Below are positions 1 to 7,965 of a stretch of DNA of 64,000 nt, one piece after another. Location of the stretch: sequence record PZ809289.1, one strand, 5' to 3'. Position numbers and translations under genes: made by a program. A model generated the notes under the pieces. The model ran no database searches. It had not been told where the DNA came from and was given only the letters and a program-made list of their open reading frames with translations. Numbering within the stretch: the stretch's first letter is position 1; every line of letters begins with the position of its first letter. The DNA comes from a phage.

Positions 1-311
1 AAGCCGAACAACTTTTTAACAGGTCGGTTGAAAATGCTCGTAGAGCTATTCTGCGTAATCCTAAATTGAAACCTGTTTATGATGTACTGGACGAAGTTCG
101 TCGTTGTGCTTTAATTAACATGGTATTCCAAATGGGTGAAGCAGGTGTAGCTGGGTTCACTAACTCTTTACGTATGCTCCAACAGAAACGTTGGAATGAT
201 GCGGCAGTTAACCTGGCTCAATCCCGTTGGTATAAACAAACCCCTAATCGTGCTAAGCGCGTGATTTCTACATTTAAAACAGGTACTTGGAAAGCATATG
301 AAAACTTATAA
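1..311 (+). CDS. e: Endolysin (T4-type lysozyme), C-terminal part; 5' end outside window
   Basis: Frame open from window edge; ...[49 protein letters not shown]...[20 protein letters not shown] matches the T4 lysozyme C-terminus nearly residue for residue. Confidence 0.95.
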   Translation, partial: AEQLFNRSVENARRAILRNPKLKPVYDVLDEVRRCALINMVFQMGEAGVAGFTNSLRMLQQKRWNDAAVNLAQSRWYKQTPNRAKRVISTFKTGTWKAYENL

Positions 312-696
312 TGAATTTATCGCAGAGAATGTAATTCCTGCATCTAAAGAACTTTTGGCAATGTTCGAATCTGAAGAGTTCACTGAAGAACTGAATGAGA
401 ATCTGACCCAGGCCACTCCTCAGGTTATTCGCGTTCGTAATGCCCTTCAGACAGGCATGCAGGCTCGCGTCTCTAAGACTATGAAGCTGGCCTTCACCAC
501 TTCTAAAAATGAAGACTACGGTGATGGTATTGCAATGAACACTGGACAGTATTATGTTGAGTGGAATGGCGAAACCGGTACTGCTAAGATTCGCCAAACC
601 AGAGCAGCGGGTGGTAAAATGTTGGACATTAAACTGAACGTTAAAGAGAAAGACGTCGCGGCTTTGTTCAAGAATTGGATGAAGACCTATAAATAA
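298..696 (+). CDS. Internal head protein-like (132 aa) with capsid-targeting sequence
   Basis: N-terminus [10 protein letters not shown] = T4 internal-protein CTS (prohead protease cleaves after E); start overlaps e stop. Confidence 0.8.
   Translation: MKTYNEFIAENVIPASKELLAMFESEEFTEELNENLTQATPQVIRVRNALQTGMQARVSKTMKLAFTTSKNEDYGDGIAMNTGQYYVEWNGETGTAKIRQTRAAGGKMLDIKLNVKEKDVAALFKNWMKTYK
688..695 (+). promoter_or_regulatory. T4-type late promoter box TATAAATA
   Basis: Exact TATAAATA overlapping the stop of the preceding ORF, upstream of internal-protein gene 779. Confidence 0.5.
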
Positions 697-725
697 GTTT
701 ACATCTCCTAGAATTGTGATAGTAT
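697..725 (+). promoter_or_regulatory. Early promoter-like element (GTTTAC -35, 17-bp spacer, TAGTAT -10)
   Basis: GTTTAC 697-702, hexamer 720-725; member of repeated cassette family. Confidence 0.5.
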
Positions 726-778
726 ATCTACAGTTACTTGAACAGACCAATTAAAATATTTTCCTTTAAGGAACCCGT

Positions 779-1375
779 ATGAAAACGTATAAAGAATTTA
801 TCGCCGAAGCTTCTGTAGGAAAGGTCCAAGGCATTAATAAAGATGAGTGGACTTACAAAGGAAACGGCGTTGACAACCCAGGAAACGGTTTTGACGCTAA
901 AACAGCTCCTATTGAACGGTACTTGGCTACAAAAGCTTCCGACTTTAAAGCTTTCGCCTGGGAAGGACTTCGCTGGCGTAACGACCTAAATATTGAAGCT
1001 GATGGACTTAAATTTGCCCATATCCAAGATGTTGTTGCTAGTAACTTGGACGCAGCTTTTGTTAAAGCTGACGGTGACCTTCGTCGCTGGAATTTAAAAC
1101 TGTTCTCTAAACAGAAAGGTCCTGTATTTGTACCTAAAGCAGGTAAATGGACTATTGATAATAAATTGGCTAAAGCAGTTAACTTCGCTGGTCTTGAATT
1201 TGCCAAGCATAAATCCGCATGGAAAGGTCTTGATGCAATGACTTTCCGTAAAGAATTTGCCGATGTTATGGCTAAAGGCGGCTTTAAGGCAGAAATAGAT
1301 ACCTCTAAAGGTACGTTTAAAGACGCTAATATTCAGTACGCTTACGCCGTTGCTAATGCAGCCCGTGGTAATTAA
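779..1375 (+). CDS. Internal head protein-like (198 aa) with capsid-targeting sequence
   Basis: N-terminus MKTYKEFIAEA; RBS AAGGAA upstream. Confidence 0.8.
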   Translation: MKTYKEFIAEASVGKVQGINKDEWTYKGNGVDNPGNGFDAKTAPIERYLATKASDFKAFAWEGLRWRNDLNIEADGLKFAHIQDVVASNLDAAFVKADGDLRRWNLKLFSKQKGPVFVPKAGKWTIDNKLAKAVNFAGLEFAKHKSAWKGLDAMTFRKEFADVMAKGGFKAEIDTSKGTFKDANIQYAYAVANAARGN

Positions 1376-1399
1376 TAAAGCCGATACTTGATAAAAGTT

Positions 1400-1428
1400 G
1401 TTTACATCTCCTGTAGTCATGATACTAT
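1400..1428 (+). promoter_or_regulatory. Early promoter with stem-loop (PeSL-like cassette) upstream of denV
   Basis: GTTTAC 1400-1405, TG-extended -10 TACTAT 1423-1428; 12-bp perfect inverted repeat 1406-1417/1439-1450 pairs the spacer with the SD GGAG of denV. Confidence 0.6.
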
Positions 1429-1455
1429 AGACCTATCAACTACAGGAGATTAAAA

Positions 1456-1863
1456 ATGACTCGTATCAACCTTACCTTAGTATCTGAATTGGCTGACCAA
1501 CACTTAATGGCTGAATATCGTGAATTACCACGTGTTTTCGGTGCAGTTCGTGAACGTATTGCCAAAGGGCAAGGCTTCTCTGATATCCCTAAAGACTTCC
1601 GCCTTGGTTCAGGGCACGTCAAGTTCTTTTATGACAAAATTGGTTTTTTGTTCTTGCGACAAAATGCAATAATTGAGGAACTTCTGAAGCGTGGTTACCA
1701 GATTCAAAATACCCATGTAGACGTAGCGGATATTCCATTACGGCTTATGAACGATTTCACTCCAACCGAAGCTGATATAGCTTTAAGCCAAGCTCGTCTG
1801 GATGAAAAAATTGCACAGCGTCCTACCTGGTACAAACATTATGGCAAGGCTATTTACGCTTAA
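1456..1863 (+). CDS. denV: Endonuclease V, pyrimidine-dimer DNA glycosylase
   Basis: [31 protein letters not shown]...[15 protein letters not shown] is near-identical in ends and length to T4 DenV. Confidence 0.95.
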   Translation: MTRINLTLVSELADQHLMAEYRELPRVFGAVRERIAKGQGFSDIPKDFRLGSGHVKFFYDKIGFLFLRQNAIIEELLKRGYQIQNTHVDVADIPLRLMNDFTPTEADIALSQARLDEKIAQRPTWYKHYGKAIYA

Positions 1864-1906
1864 TTAAATCCGTGATAGAATACTTCTATCAACTTAAGGA
1901 ATAACA

Positions 1907-2206
1907 ATGAAAACTTATCAAGAATTTATCACAGAAGCCAAAGCTCCTAAAGCATTTCAAATTGGAGTTCAAGGCAATTTAGACCAAGAATATGTTGATG
2001 CTATTGTAGCAAGCCTCGGTAAACAGGGCGTACAAGTCGATTTTGTTGATTTTACCAAAGGTAATACTTTTAATATTGTTACATCTAAAGGTTCTTTAGC
2101 TAAAGTTAAAAAGGCCTTTGGCGTAGCACAAGCATATGAAATCGACCACTCCGAATTAGAAAATAAAGGTCGCCAGAACACAATTAGAGGTTCTGGTTCT
2201 TTCTAA
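1907..2206 (+). CDS. Internal head protein-like (99 aa) with capsid-targeting sequence
   Basis: N-terminus MKTYQEFITEAK; RBS AAGGAA. Confidence 0.8.
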   Translation: MKTYQEFITEAKAPKAFQIGVQGNLDQEYVDAIVASLGKQGVQVDFVDFTKGNTFNIVTSKGSLAKVKKAFGVAQAYEIDHSELENKGRQNTIRGSGSF

Positions 2207-2310
2207 TAAAGGCAAGCCGGCCCTCTCCTCATGAACGTCTAGTCCTCTGGGTGATGAACCCAAGGATGAATTATGTGCCAAGGATTAGTCCATAACTTAA
2301 AGAGTCAAAA

Positions 2311-2670
2311 ATGAAAACATATCAGCAATTTATTACTGAATCTACCCAACGTATTAACGAAGCTATGTCGCCTGAACAGTTGGCTAAAGCTAAAGAAGGC
2401 CTGAACCCATCTGAAGTTTTTAAAGTTACAGGTAAAGACTTTGCTTCTATGGCCACTAACCAAAGCCTGGCTAAAGAACTTAAATCTAAATCTAACTTCA
2501 TTCATGCTACATGGAATGGTGATTCTCTTACTTCAATAAGTGTGTACAATAAAAAAGGTCTCCTTAAGAGTTCTTATGGCGCGGATGCCATCCGTGTTTC
2601 TAAATCAGATTGGCATAAAAACACTACTAAAGCAGAAAAACCTCATAACCCGGCACTAGACCATCTTTAA
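2311..2670 (+). CDS. Internal head protein-like (119 aa) with capsid-targeting sequence
   Basis: N-terminus MKTYQQFITEST; preceded by 13-codon uORF. Confidence 0.8.
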   Translation: MKTYQQFITESTQRINEAMSPEQLAKAKEGLNPSEVFKVTGKDFASMATNQSLAKELKSKSNFIHATWNGDSLTSISVYNKKGLLKSSYGADAIRVSKSDWHKNTTKAEKPHNPALDHL

Positions 2671-2678
2671 GGCTTAAT

Positions 2679-2936
2679 ATGAAAACTTACCAAGAATTTA
2701 TTACAGAATCCACTTTAGTTTCTAAACGTTGGAATATGATTGTAAACGTTAAACCTTCCGGCACTGAAGTTTCTATGGCCGACCCTAATGATGACGAACT
2801 TGAGCACGCTTTTAGCTCTAAAGAAACTGACGAGAAAGTGGTTAAGCAACTGGTTGCTGATGCAGATCAACTTCGTAAAGTAGCAGATGTTGTTAAGCTG
2901 TTTACTAAGAAAGGTTTTAAACACGAAGAACGTTAA
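2679..2936 (+). CDS. Internal head protein-like (85 aa) with capsid-targeting sequence
   Basis: N-terminus MKTYQEFITEST. Confidence 0.8.
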   Translation: MKTYQEFITESTLVSKRWNMIVNVKPSGTEVSMADPNDDELEHAFSSKETDEKVVKQLVADADQLRKVADVVKLFTKKGFKHEER

Positions 2937-3052
2937 TTAGCATTTTAAATGGGAGCAACCTGGACCTCACAATTCTGTGAGGGACTCCCGCCAACCTGTA
3001 ATAAGGTCGAGCCCAAGTGCGGTAATGGGTAAATGCAGAAAGGGACGAATTA

Positions 3053-3613
3053 ATGTGCCAAGGAACGGCCCTCAAAGGAAATACTATGAAATTTTTAACC
3101 CCTATTTATCTAACCTTAATGCACGCCTTCGCTGAACGCGCCATTGAACGTTTAGACTCAGACCAATATACCTGGTATGAACCTACTTCACGAATGCAAG
3201 AGTTTGGTACTCTTCGTCTTGATGGCGGTCGACAAACGGGTAAAACAAGTGCCATTGCGCAGTTTGCTGCGGATTGGGTTTCCAAAGGTAATGATGTGAT
3301 TGTTATGTCGAGTTCTTCGCATCGCTCGCGAGAAATTTGTAATATAATAAAACAGGTTTCTAAGGCACACCCACATCTCCAAGTCGAAGGTCCCGGTTTT
3401 GTTGTCTATGATACCGTGCGCAGTTTCCTTGATGAAGACAATTTCCATAAGTATCGTGGACTATCTGTTACTCGATTATTGATTATTATCGAAGAGCCAA
3501 TGCGCCTTCCAACGATGGATAAGTTCTATGAAGCTTACCAGGTAATGATTAATAAATTTATGTGCCAAGGCGACAAGCCTTTGCCTCTGTTCTTTGTGAT
3601 AGGAATGCAATGA
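3053..3613 (+). CDS. Hypothetical protein with P-loop-like GRQTGKTS motif (186 aa; alternative start 3086)
   Basis: ORF with RBS AAGGGA before ATG 3053; second RBS AAGGAA before ATG 3086; Walker-A-like DGGRQTGKTS. Confidence 0.55.
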   Translation: MCQGTALKGNTMKFLTPIYLTLMHAFAERAIERLDSDQYTWYEPTSRMQEFGTLRLDGGRQTGKTSAIAQFAADWVSKGNDVIVMSSSSHRSREICNIIKQVSKAHPHLQVEGPGFVVYDTVRSFLDEDNFHKYRGLSVTRLLIIIEEPMRLPTMDKFYEAYQVMINKFMCQGDKPLPLFFVIGMQ

Positions 3614-3906
3614 TGACCGATGAAGAACTTTTTGAGTTCTGTTATTTCTCACGTAAGGTCCGAAGAGAGGACCTTACTGCAAATTTCGAATATGCTTATT
3701 TCTACCCACTAGAATACGTGTTCATGACAGGGCCCTTTAAGGGCTCTCGTTTTAGATGTCATGCTCCTAGTATCCGATTAATGAAACAGGTTCCTTACTT
3801 CACTCTCGAGTTCATCTCAGGGCCTTGTAAGGGTATTATTACTCGTAGTCTCTTGACTTATGACCAAGAGATTCATATGATTTCTGACTGGAAAAAATAT
3901 GTCTAA
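3610..3906 (+). CDS. Hypothetical protein (98 aa)
   Basis: ATG overlapping upstream stop (ATGA coupling); track ORF begins at upstream GTG 3562. Confidence 0.5.
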   Translation: MMTDEELFEFCYFSRKVRREDLTANFEYAYFYPLEYVFMTGPFKGSRFRCHAPSIRLMKQVPYFTLEFISGPCKGIITRSLLTYDQEIHMISDWKKYV

Positions 3907-4117
3907 ATTGACAATTGAAGGCTCTGATGAAGCTCTGAAGATGTTTGTTGACTGGTTCCATGAACAAGGCGAGCATGGCTTTATGGAATGTTGGGATGGC
4001 GGACAATGGAATGGTAAAGAAACCGTTTATCCTAGCACATATATCTCTGTTCGTGGTGGATATGATGGGATTCATTTAGTTGAATATGATATTGCATCTG
4101 ATGAGGAAGTGAAATGA
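3899..4117 (+). CDS. Hypothetical acidic protein (72 aa)
   Basis: ORF overlapping upstream stop; acidic composition typical of T4 early proteins. Confidence 0.5.
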   Translation: MSKLTIEGSDEALKMFVDWFHEQGEHGFMECWDGGQWNGKETVYPSTYISVRGGYDGIHLVEYDIASDEEVK

Positions 4118-4392
4118 TTGAAGATATCAAGGGTTATAAACCGCATACCGACGATAAAATCGGTAAAGTGAATGCTATCAAAGATGCTGAAGTTCGTCTT
4201 GGGTTAATGTTTAAAGCTCTAGAAGAAGAACATGTTACCTATTATATGAACTTAGATACCGAAGAGGTTTCTGAACAAGAACTAGACCAGGCTCATGAAC
4301 GCATTACCCAGATTCGTAATGCAATTGACCGTCTTAAAGAAGCTAGTATGTGGGCTTGTCGCTCTGTGTTCCAACCAGAAGAAAAGTACTAA
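4114..4392 (+). CDS. Hypothetical protein (92 aa)
   Basis: ATGA start/stop coupling with upstream ORF. Confidence 0.5.
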   Translation: MIEDIKGYKPHTDDKIGKVNAIKDAEVRLGLMFKALEEEHVTYYMNLDTEEVSEQELDQAHERITQIRNAIDRLKEASMWACRSVFQPEEKY

Positions 4393-4396
4393 AGCA

Positions 4397-4425
4397 GTTT
4401 ACATCTCCTGTAGGTATGATACTAT
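4397..4425 (+). promoter_or_regulatory. Early promoter with stem-loop (PeSL-like) upstream of regB
   Basis: GTTTAC 4397-4402, TACTAT 4420-4425, CCTATCAAC box, inverted repeat ATCTCCTGTAG/CTACAGGAGAT around the SD. Confidence 0.6.
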
Positions 4426-4453
4426 AAACCTATCAACTACAGGAGATTACAAA

Positions 4454-4912
4454 ATGTCAGAAATTAATTCAGAAGTATTCATCCGCCGCAACAAATTACG
4501 TCGTCAGTTCGAAACCGAATTCCGTGAACTGAATGCGTCCATCAAAAAAGCCGCCATTAAGAGCGGAGTCCCAGCCTTCTTTATTAAGTACTCTAATCAC
4601 TTGTTGGACCGTGCTATCCAACGTGAAATCGACGAAAAATACGTTTTTGCTTTATTCAAGCAACTCCATAACCATGTTAAAGAAATTCATGAATTTTTAA
4701 TCCAGGAACCTCTACCTGATGTAGAATCCGAAATTGTCCCTGGTAAAGTGTATCGTCCATTGCGTCTCGAAATTACCGATAAAACCTTATGGCTAGGTAT
4801 GACAGTAGACCGTAAACATCCTGATAAAGGATACTCATTAAAATGTCGTATGGCATTTGTTAACTCTAAACGTTTAGAAGGTAAAACCAGCACGAAAGTA
4901 ATCTATCTTTAA
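4454..4912 (+). CDS. regB: RegB sequence-specific endoribonuclease
   Basis: MSEINSEVFIRRNKLRRQFETEFRELN...HLLDRAIQREIDEKYVF...LEITDKTLWLG closely matches T4 RegB (about 152 aa). Confidence 0.9.
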   Translation: MSEINSEVFIRRNKLRRQFETEFRELNASIKKAAIKSGVPAFFIKYSNHLLDRAIQREIDEKYVFALFKQLHNHVKEIHEFLIQEPLPDVESEIVPGKVYRPLRLEITDKTLWLGMTVDRKHPDKGYSLKCRMAFVNSKRLEGKTSTKVIYL

Positions 4913-4924
4913 TAATGAGGTCTC

Positions 4925-5464
4925 ATGAAAAAAGTATTAGCCACTTTACTATTGACAGTTAGTATGTCTGCCTATAGCGTAGAGCCTACTTTCAACAGTG
5001 AGCAACTCGACAATTTGCATTATGCATATGCTTTCGGTGAACAATACCAAAAGTCGGGAAAGTTCAAAGAAACCCCTAATCAAAAAGGATTAGGATATAT
5101 TATGGCCGGATTACTATGGCAGGAATCATCCGCCGGAATTAATCAAGGTTTAAATAAAGATAAGCACCATGCTTATGGCATGTTCCAAAATTACTTGCCT
5201 ACGTTAAGAAGTCGTGTTCAACAGGTAGGTTGGAAGATGTCTGACAAAGAAATAATTCGTATGGTCCAAAAACGACAGAACAGTGCCTCTTGGGCCTACA
5301 TTGAGCTGTCTTATTGGATTGATGTTCACAAAGGTGACCTGAGAAAAGCGATTGCTTCTTATAATGCGGGCTGGAACGTCAAAGCAGGCAGTAAATATGC
5401 TTCTGAAGTTCTAGAAAAGGCCAATTATCTAAAATCTAAAAAGATGTTTGAGGCGGTGTATTAA
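4925..5464 (+). CDS. Secreted lytic-transglycosylase-like protein (SLT fold), 179 aa
   Basis: N-terminal signal peptide MKKVLATLLLTVSMSAYS; catalytic-type E-S motif (LLWQESSAGINQG) and AYNAG motif of family-1 lytic transglycosylases. Confidence 0.7.
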   Translation: MKKVLATLLLTVSMSAYSVEPTFNSEQLDNLHYAYAFGEQYQKSGKFKETPNQKGLGYIMAGLLWQESSAGINQGLNKDKHHAYGMFQNYLPTLRSRVQQVGWKMSDKEIIRMVQKRQNSASWAYIELSYWIDVHKGDLRKAIASYNAGWNVKAGSKYASEVLEKANYLKSKKMFEAVY

Positions 5465-5821
5465 ATGATTAAGCAGATGACTATAGCGCTTATGTTGATT
5501 GCTCCGGGAGTATTAGCGTCACAAGTTGGTGATAGTAATAATTCAATTGTCGAGTATGCTACCCGTACAGCAAAAGATTATTGTCATCCGAGCAATACTG
5601 AATGCATTATCGAATTCAGTTCAAAAATCACAGCTGCTTTTAAAGATGGCCAGAACGACGTAGAGCATCGCCGAATGAAAGAGAAAACTCTTTCTAAAAG
5701 ATACGAGCAACGTCTAAACGTTACTGAATGTATTCCATCTGATAAAAAGTACAAAGAAATGTGCGCGTCTATGGTAGACAGACTCGTTGACTCATACAAC
5801 CGAGGATTAAACTCTAAATGA
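5465..5821 (+). CDS. Secreted/periplasmic hypothetical protein (118 aa)
   Basis: Signal-peptide-like N-terminus MIKQMTIALMLIAPGVLASQ; TAAATG coupling. Confidence 0.55.
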   Translation: MIKQMTIALMLIAPGVLASQVGDSNNSIVEYATRTAKDYCHPSNTECIIEFSSKITAAFKDGQNDVEHRRMKEKTLSKRYEQRLNVTECIPSDKKYKEMCASMVDRLVDSYNRGLNSK

Positions 5822-6285
5822 TTATTGATTATATTAAGGGCGATATCGTCGCCCTGTTTCTTCAAGGTAATAATGTTGCACACGGGTGCAACTGTTTCCA
5901 CACAATGGGTTCAGGTGTAGCTGGGCAATTGGCTAAGGCTTATCCGCCTATTCTCGCTATCGATAAAACTACTTATTTAGGCAATTTGGCAAAACTTGGC
6001 ACGTTTACTCAAGCTACAGGTAATAATGGCCAAATTTGCTATAATTTATATACCCAATACGAACCAGGCCCTAATCTTGATTATGGTGCTTTAGTAAACT
6101 GTATGATAGAATTAAATCAACAAGCAAAAGGTCTTTTGTTTAAACCAAGAATTTATATCCCTCGCATTGGTTGTGGTATTGCTGGTGGTGATTGGGACAA
6201 GGTTTATCAATTGATTAATTTGTTTACTCCTGATATTAATTTAGTGGTGGTAGATTATGAAAGCCCATTACCCGCATCCGTTTGA
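5818..6285 (+). CDS. Macro-domain protein (155 aa)
   Basis: Motifs VAHGCNCFHTMGSGVAGQLAKA (N-terminal Gly-rich ADP-ribose-binding loop) and IPRIGCGIAGGDW (C-terminal macro motif). Confidence 0.65.
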   Translation: MIIDYIKGDIVALFLQGNNVAHGCNCFHTMGSGVAGQLAKAYPPILAIDKTTYLGNLAKLGTFTQATGNNGQICYNLYTQYEPGPNLDYGALVNCMIELNQQAKGLLFKPRIYIPRIGCGIAGGDWDKVYQLINLFTPDINLVVVDYESPLPASV

Positions 6286-6469
6286 CCCTAAAAACAAAGC
6301 GGAAATTATTCGACGCTGGACCGAAACACGAGTAACTAAATGCCCTATAAAAAGTCAACACAACACCGATAAATGGTATATTGGTGAATATGTTGAATAT
6401 ACTTTTATAGATAAAAATAAACGTAAACAGCATGTAGAAGAATATTGCTTAAAGGTGCAATGGTTATGA
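6257..6469 (+). CDS. Hypothetical protein (70 aa)
   Basis: ORF overlapping end of macro gene; weak RBS. Confidence 0.4.
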   Translation: MKAHYPHPFDPKNKAEIIRRWTETRVTKCPIKSQHNTDKWYIGEYVEYTFIDKNKRKQHVEEYCLKVQWL

Positions 6470-6651
6470 GTCTGAGTAAAGAACAGAAAGATAAATTGTT
6501 TGAGCTTATCCATGAACTTCTAGATGAGCATGCAGAAGCAAATTCTTTTTATGATGAATATGGCCCGCTATCTCCCGAACATCAGGAAGAATTTGTCAAT
6601 CGATTTGATGAGAAAGAAAACGAATTAATAGCTTATGTGAATACGCTTTAA
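6460..6651 (+). CDS. Hypothetical acidic protein (63 aa; alt starts 6445 TTG, 6466)
   Basis: RBS AAGGTG 5 nt upstream of ATG 6460. Confidence 0.45.
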   Translation: MVMSLSKEQKDKLFELIHELLDEHAEANSFYDEYGPLSPEHQEEFVNRFDEKENELIAYVNTL

Positions 6652-6660
6652 GAAGGTAAT

Positions 6661-7398
6661 ATGGCAAAGGAATTCCATTATAATTACTTGACTGTAATAA
6701 AAACCCATAAGGCAAATTATTACTATGTAGGTAAACACTCCACTGATAATCTTTCAGACGGGTATTATGGAAGTGGTACGGTAGTTAAAAATATTTGTAA
6801 AAAGCATCCTTATAAAACTCGTATATTAGAATTCTTCGAATCTGAAGAAGAGGCGTATGCCGCCGAAATTCCTTTAGTTGAAAAGGCTAAATTAAAATAT
6901 GGTAAGCATTCTTTAAATTTTGCTGATGGCGGAAGAGGTAAAAAGAAAGGAACCAAATTATCTAATTTAACTAAACAGAAAATGTCTAGGTCTAGAAAAG
7001 GAGTTAAATGGAGCAAAGCCAGAATAGAAGCTTCTAAATTCACCACTTCTAATAAAGGTTTAAACCATTATTCCAATAGAATAGGATTTAGTGATGAGCA
7101 TAAAGCTAAAATAGGATTAGCCTCTAAAAAATTAAAAGGATTTAAACATAGCGCTGAAACCATAGAAAATATGAGTAACGCCAAAAAGGGCAAAAAGAAT
7201 CCCATGTACGGTAAAAAGGGCGCTATGGCAGGAAAACCTTCTCCTATAAGAAACGAATCTTGGAAATTTTACGATGAATTAAAACTCTTATGGGAAGAAT
7301 CCAATAAGCCTTCAGCATATATGTTTAAAAAGATAGCTATAAGCAAAGGTTATCCTAATTGCTCTTATAGAGGAGTTGTATTTAAATGGCAAGCTTGA
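6661..7398 (+). CDS. GIY-YIG homing endonuclease (Seg-like) with NUMOD3-type repeats
   Basis: YNYLTVIKTHKANYYYVGKHS GIY-YIG core; repeated NPMYGKKG-type motifs; inserted just upstream of tk. Confidence 0.75.
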   Translation: MAKEFHYNYLTVIKTHKANYYYVGKHSTDNLSDGYYGSGTVVKNICKKHPYKTRILEFFESEEEAYAAEIPLVEKAKLKYGKHSLNFADGGRGKKKGTKLSNLTKQKMSRSRKGVKWSKARIEASKFTTSNKGLNHYSNRIGFSDEHKAKIGLASKKLKGFKHSAETIENMSNAKKGKKNPMYGKKGAMAGKPSPIRNESWKFYDELKLLWEESNKPSAYMFKKIAISKGYPNCSYRGVVFKWQA

Positions 7399-7958
7399 TG
7401 TTTCACTATGCGGCGATGAATTCCGGGAAAACCGCTTCATTGCTAACGGCAGCTCATAACTACAAAGAACGTGGTATGGGCGTACTCCTTTTAAAGCCTG
7501 CGATAGACAATAGAGAATCAAGCCATAGCATTTCGTCTCGTATAGGGATTAGTCAAGAGGCTAATGCCGTGACTCCGGATATGGACCTATACGAGTTCTA
7601 TCGTTGGGCTGAATCTCAAAAAGATATCCACTGTGTATTTGTGGATGAAGCACAGTTCTTAGAACCTGCACAGATAAAACAACTGGCAAAGATAGTAGAC
7701 AATTATAATGTTCCGGTTATGTGCTATGGACTAAGAACTGATTTTCAGGGTAAACTGTTTCCTGGCTCTGCTGAATTACTCGCTACAGCAGATAAACTCG
7801 TTGAGTACAAAGGTGTGTGCCATTGCGGCCGTAAAGCTACTATGACGGCTCGTATCCAGGATGGTATCGCAATTAAGGACGGCGCCCAAGTTTCTATAGG
7901 TGGCAACGATTCTTACGTGTCATTGTGCAGGAAGCACTGGATAGAAATAACGAGTTGA
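7386..7958 (+). CDS. tk: Thymidine kinase
   Basis: MASLMFHYAAMNSGKTASLLTAAHNYKERGM... with Walker A and C-terminal zinc ribbon CHCGRKAT...C; matches T4 Tk. Confidence 0.95.
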   Translation: MASLMFHYAAMNSGKTASLLTAAHNYKERGMGVLLLKPAIDNRESSHSISSRIGISQEANAVTPDMDLYEFYRWAESQKDIHCVFVDEAQFLEPAQIKQLAKIVDNYNVPVMCYGLRTDFQGKLFPGSAELLATADKLVEYKGVCHCGRKATMTARIQDGIAIKDGAQVSIGGNDSYVSLCRKHWIEITS

Positions 7959-7965
7959 GGGTATT

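Noticed and set aside
274-750. 158-aa minus-strand ORF, and similar minus-strand ORFs throughout the track (e.g. 853-1206, 32844-33389, 57549-57962, 62340-62730)
   Set aside because: They lie entirely antisense to plus-strand genes with strong homology or RBS support and have no start-site signals of their own; treated as shadow ORFs
2937-3052. Possible tRNA or small RNA gene in the GC-rich intergenic islands
   Set aside because: No acceptor/T-arm arrangement or GTTCRA T-loop could be found by eye; reported only as structured spacer
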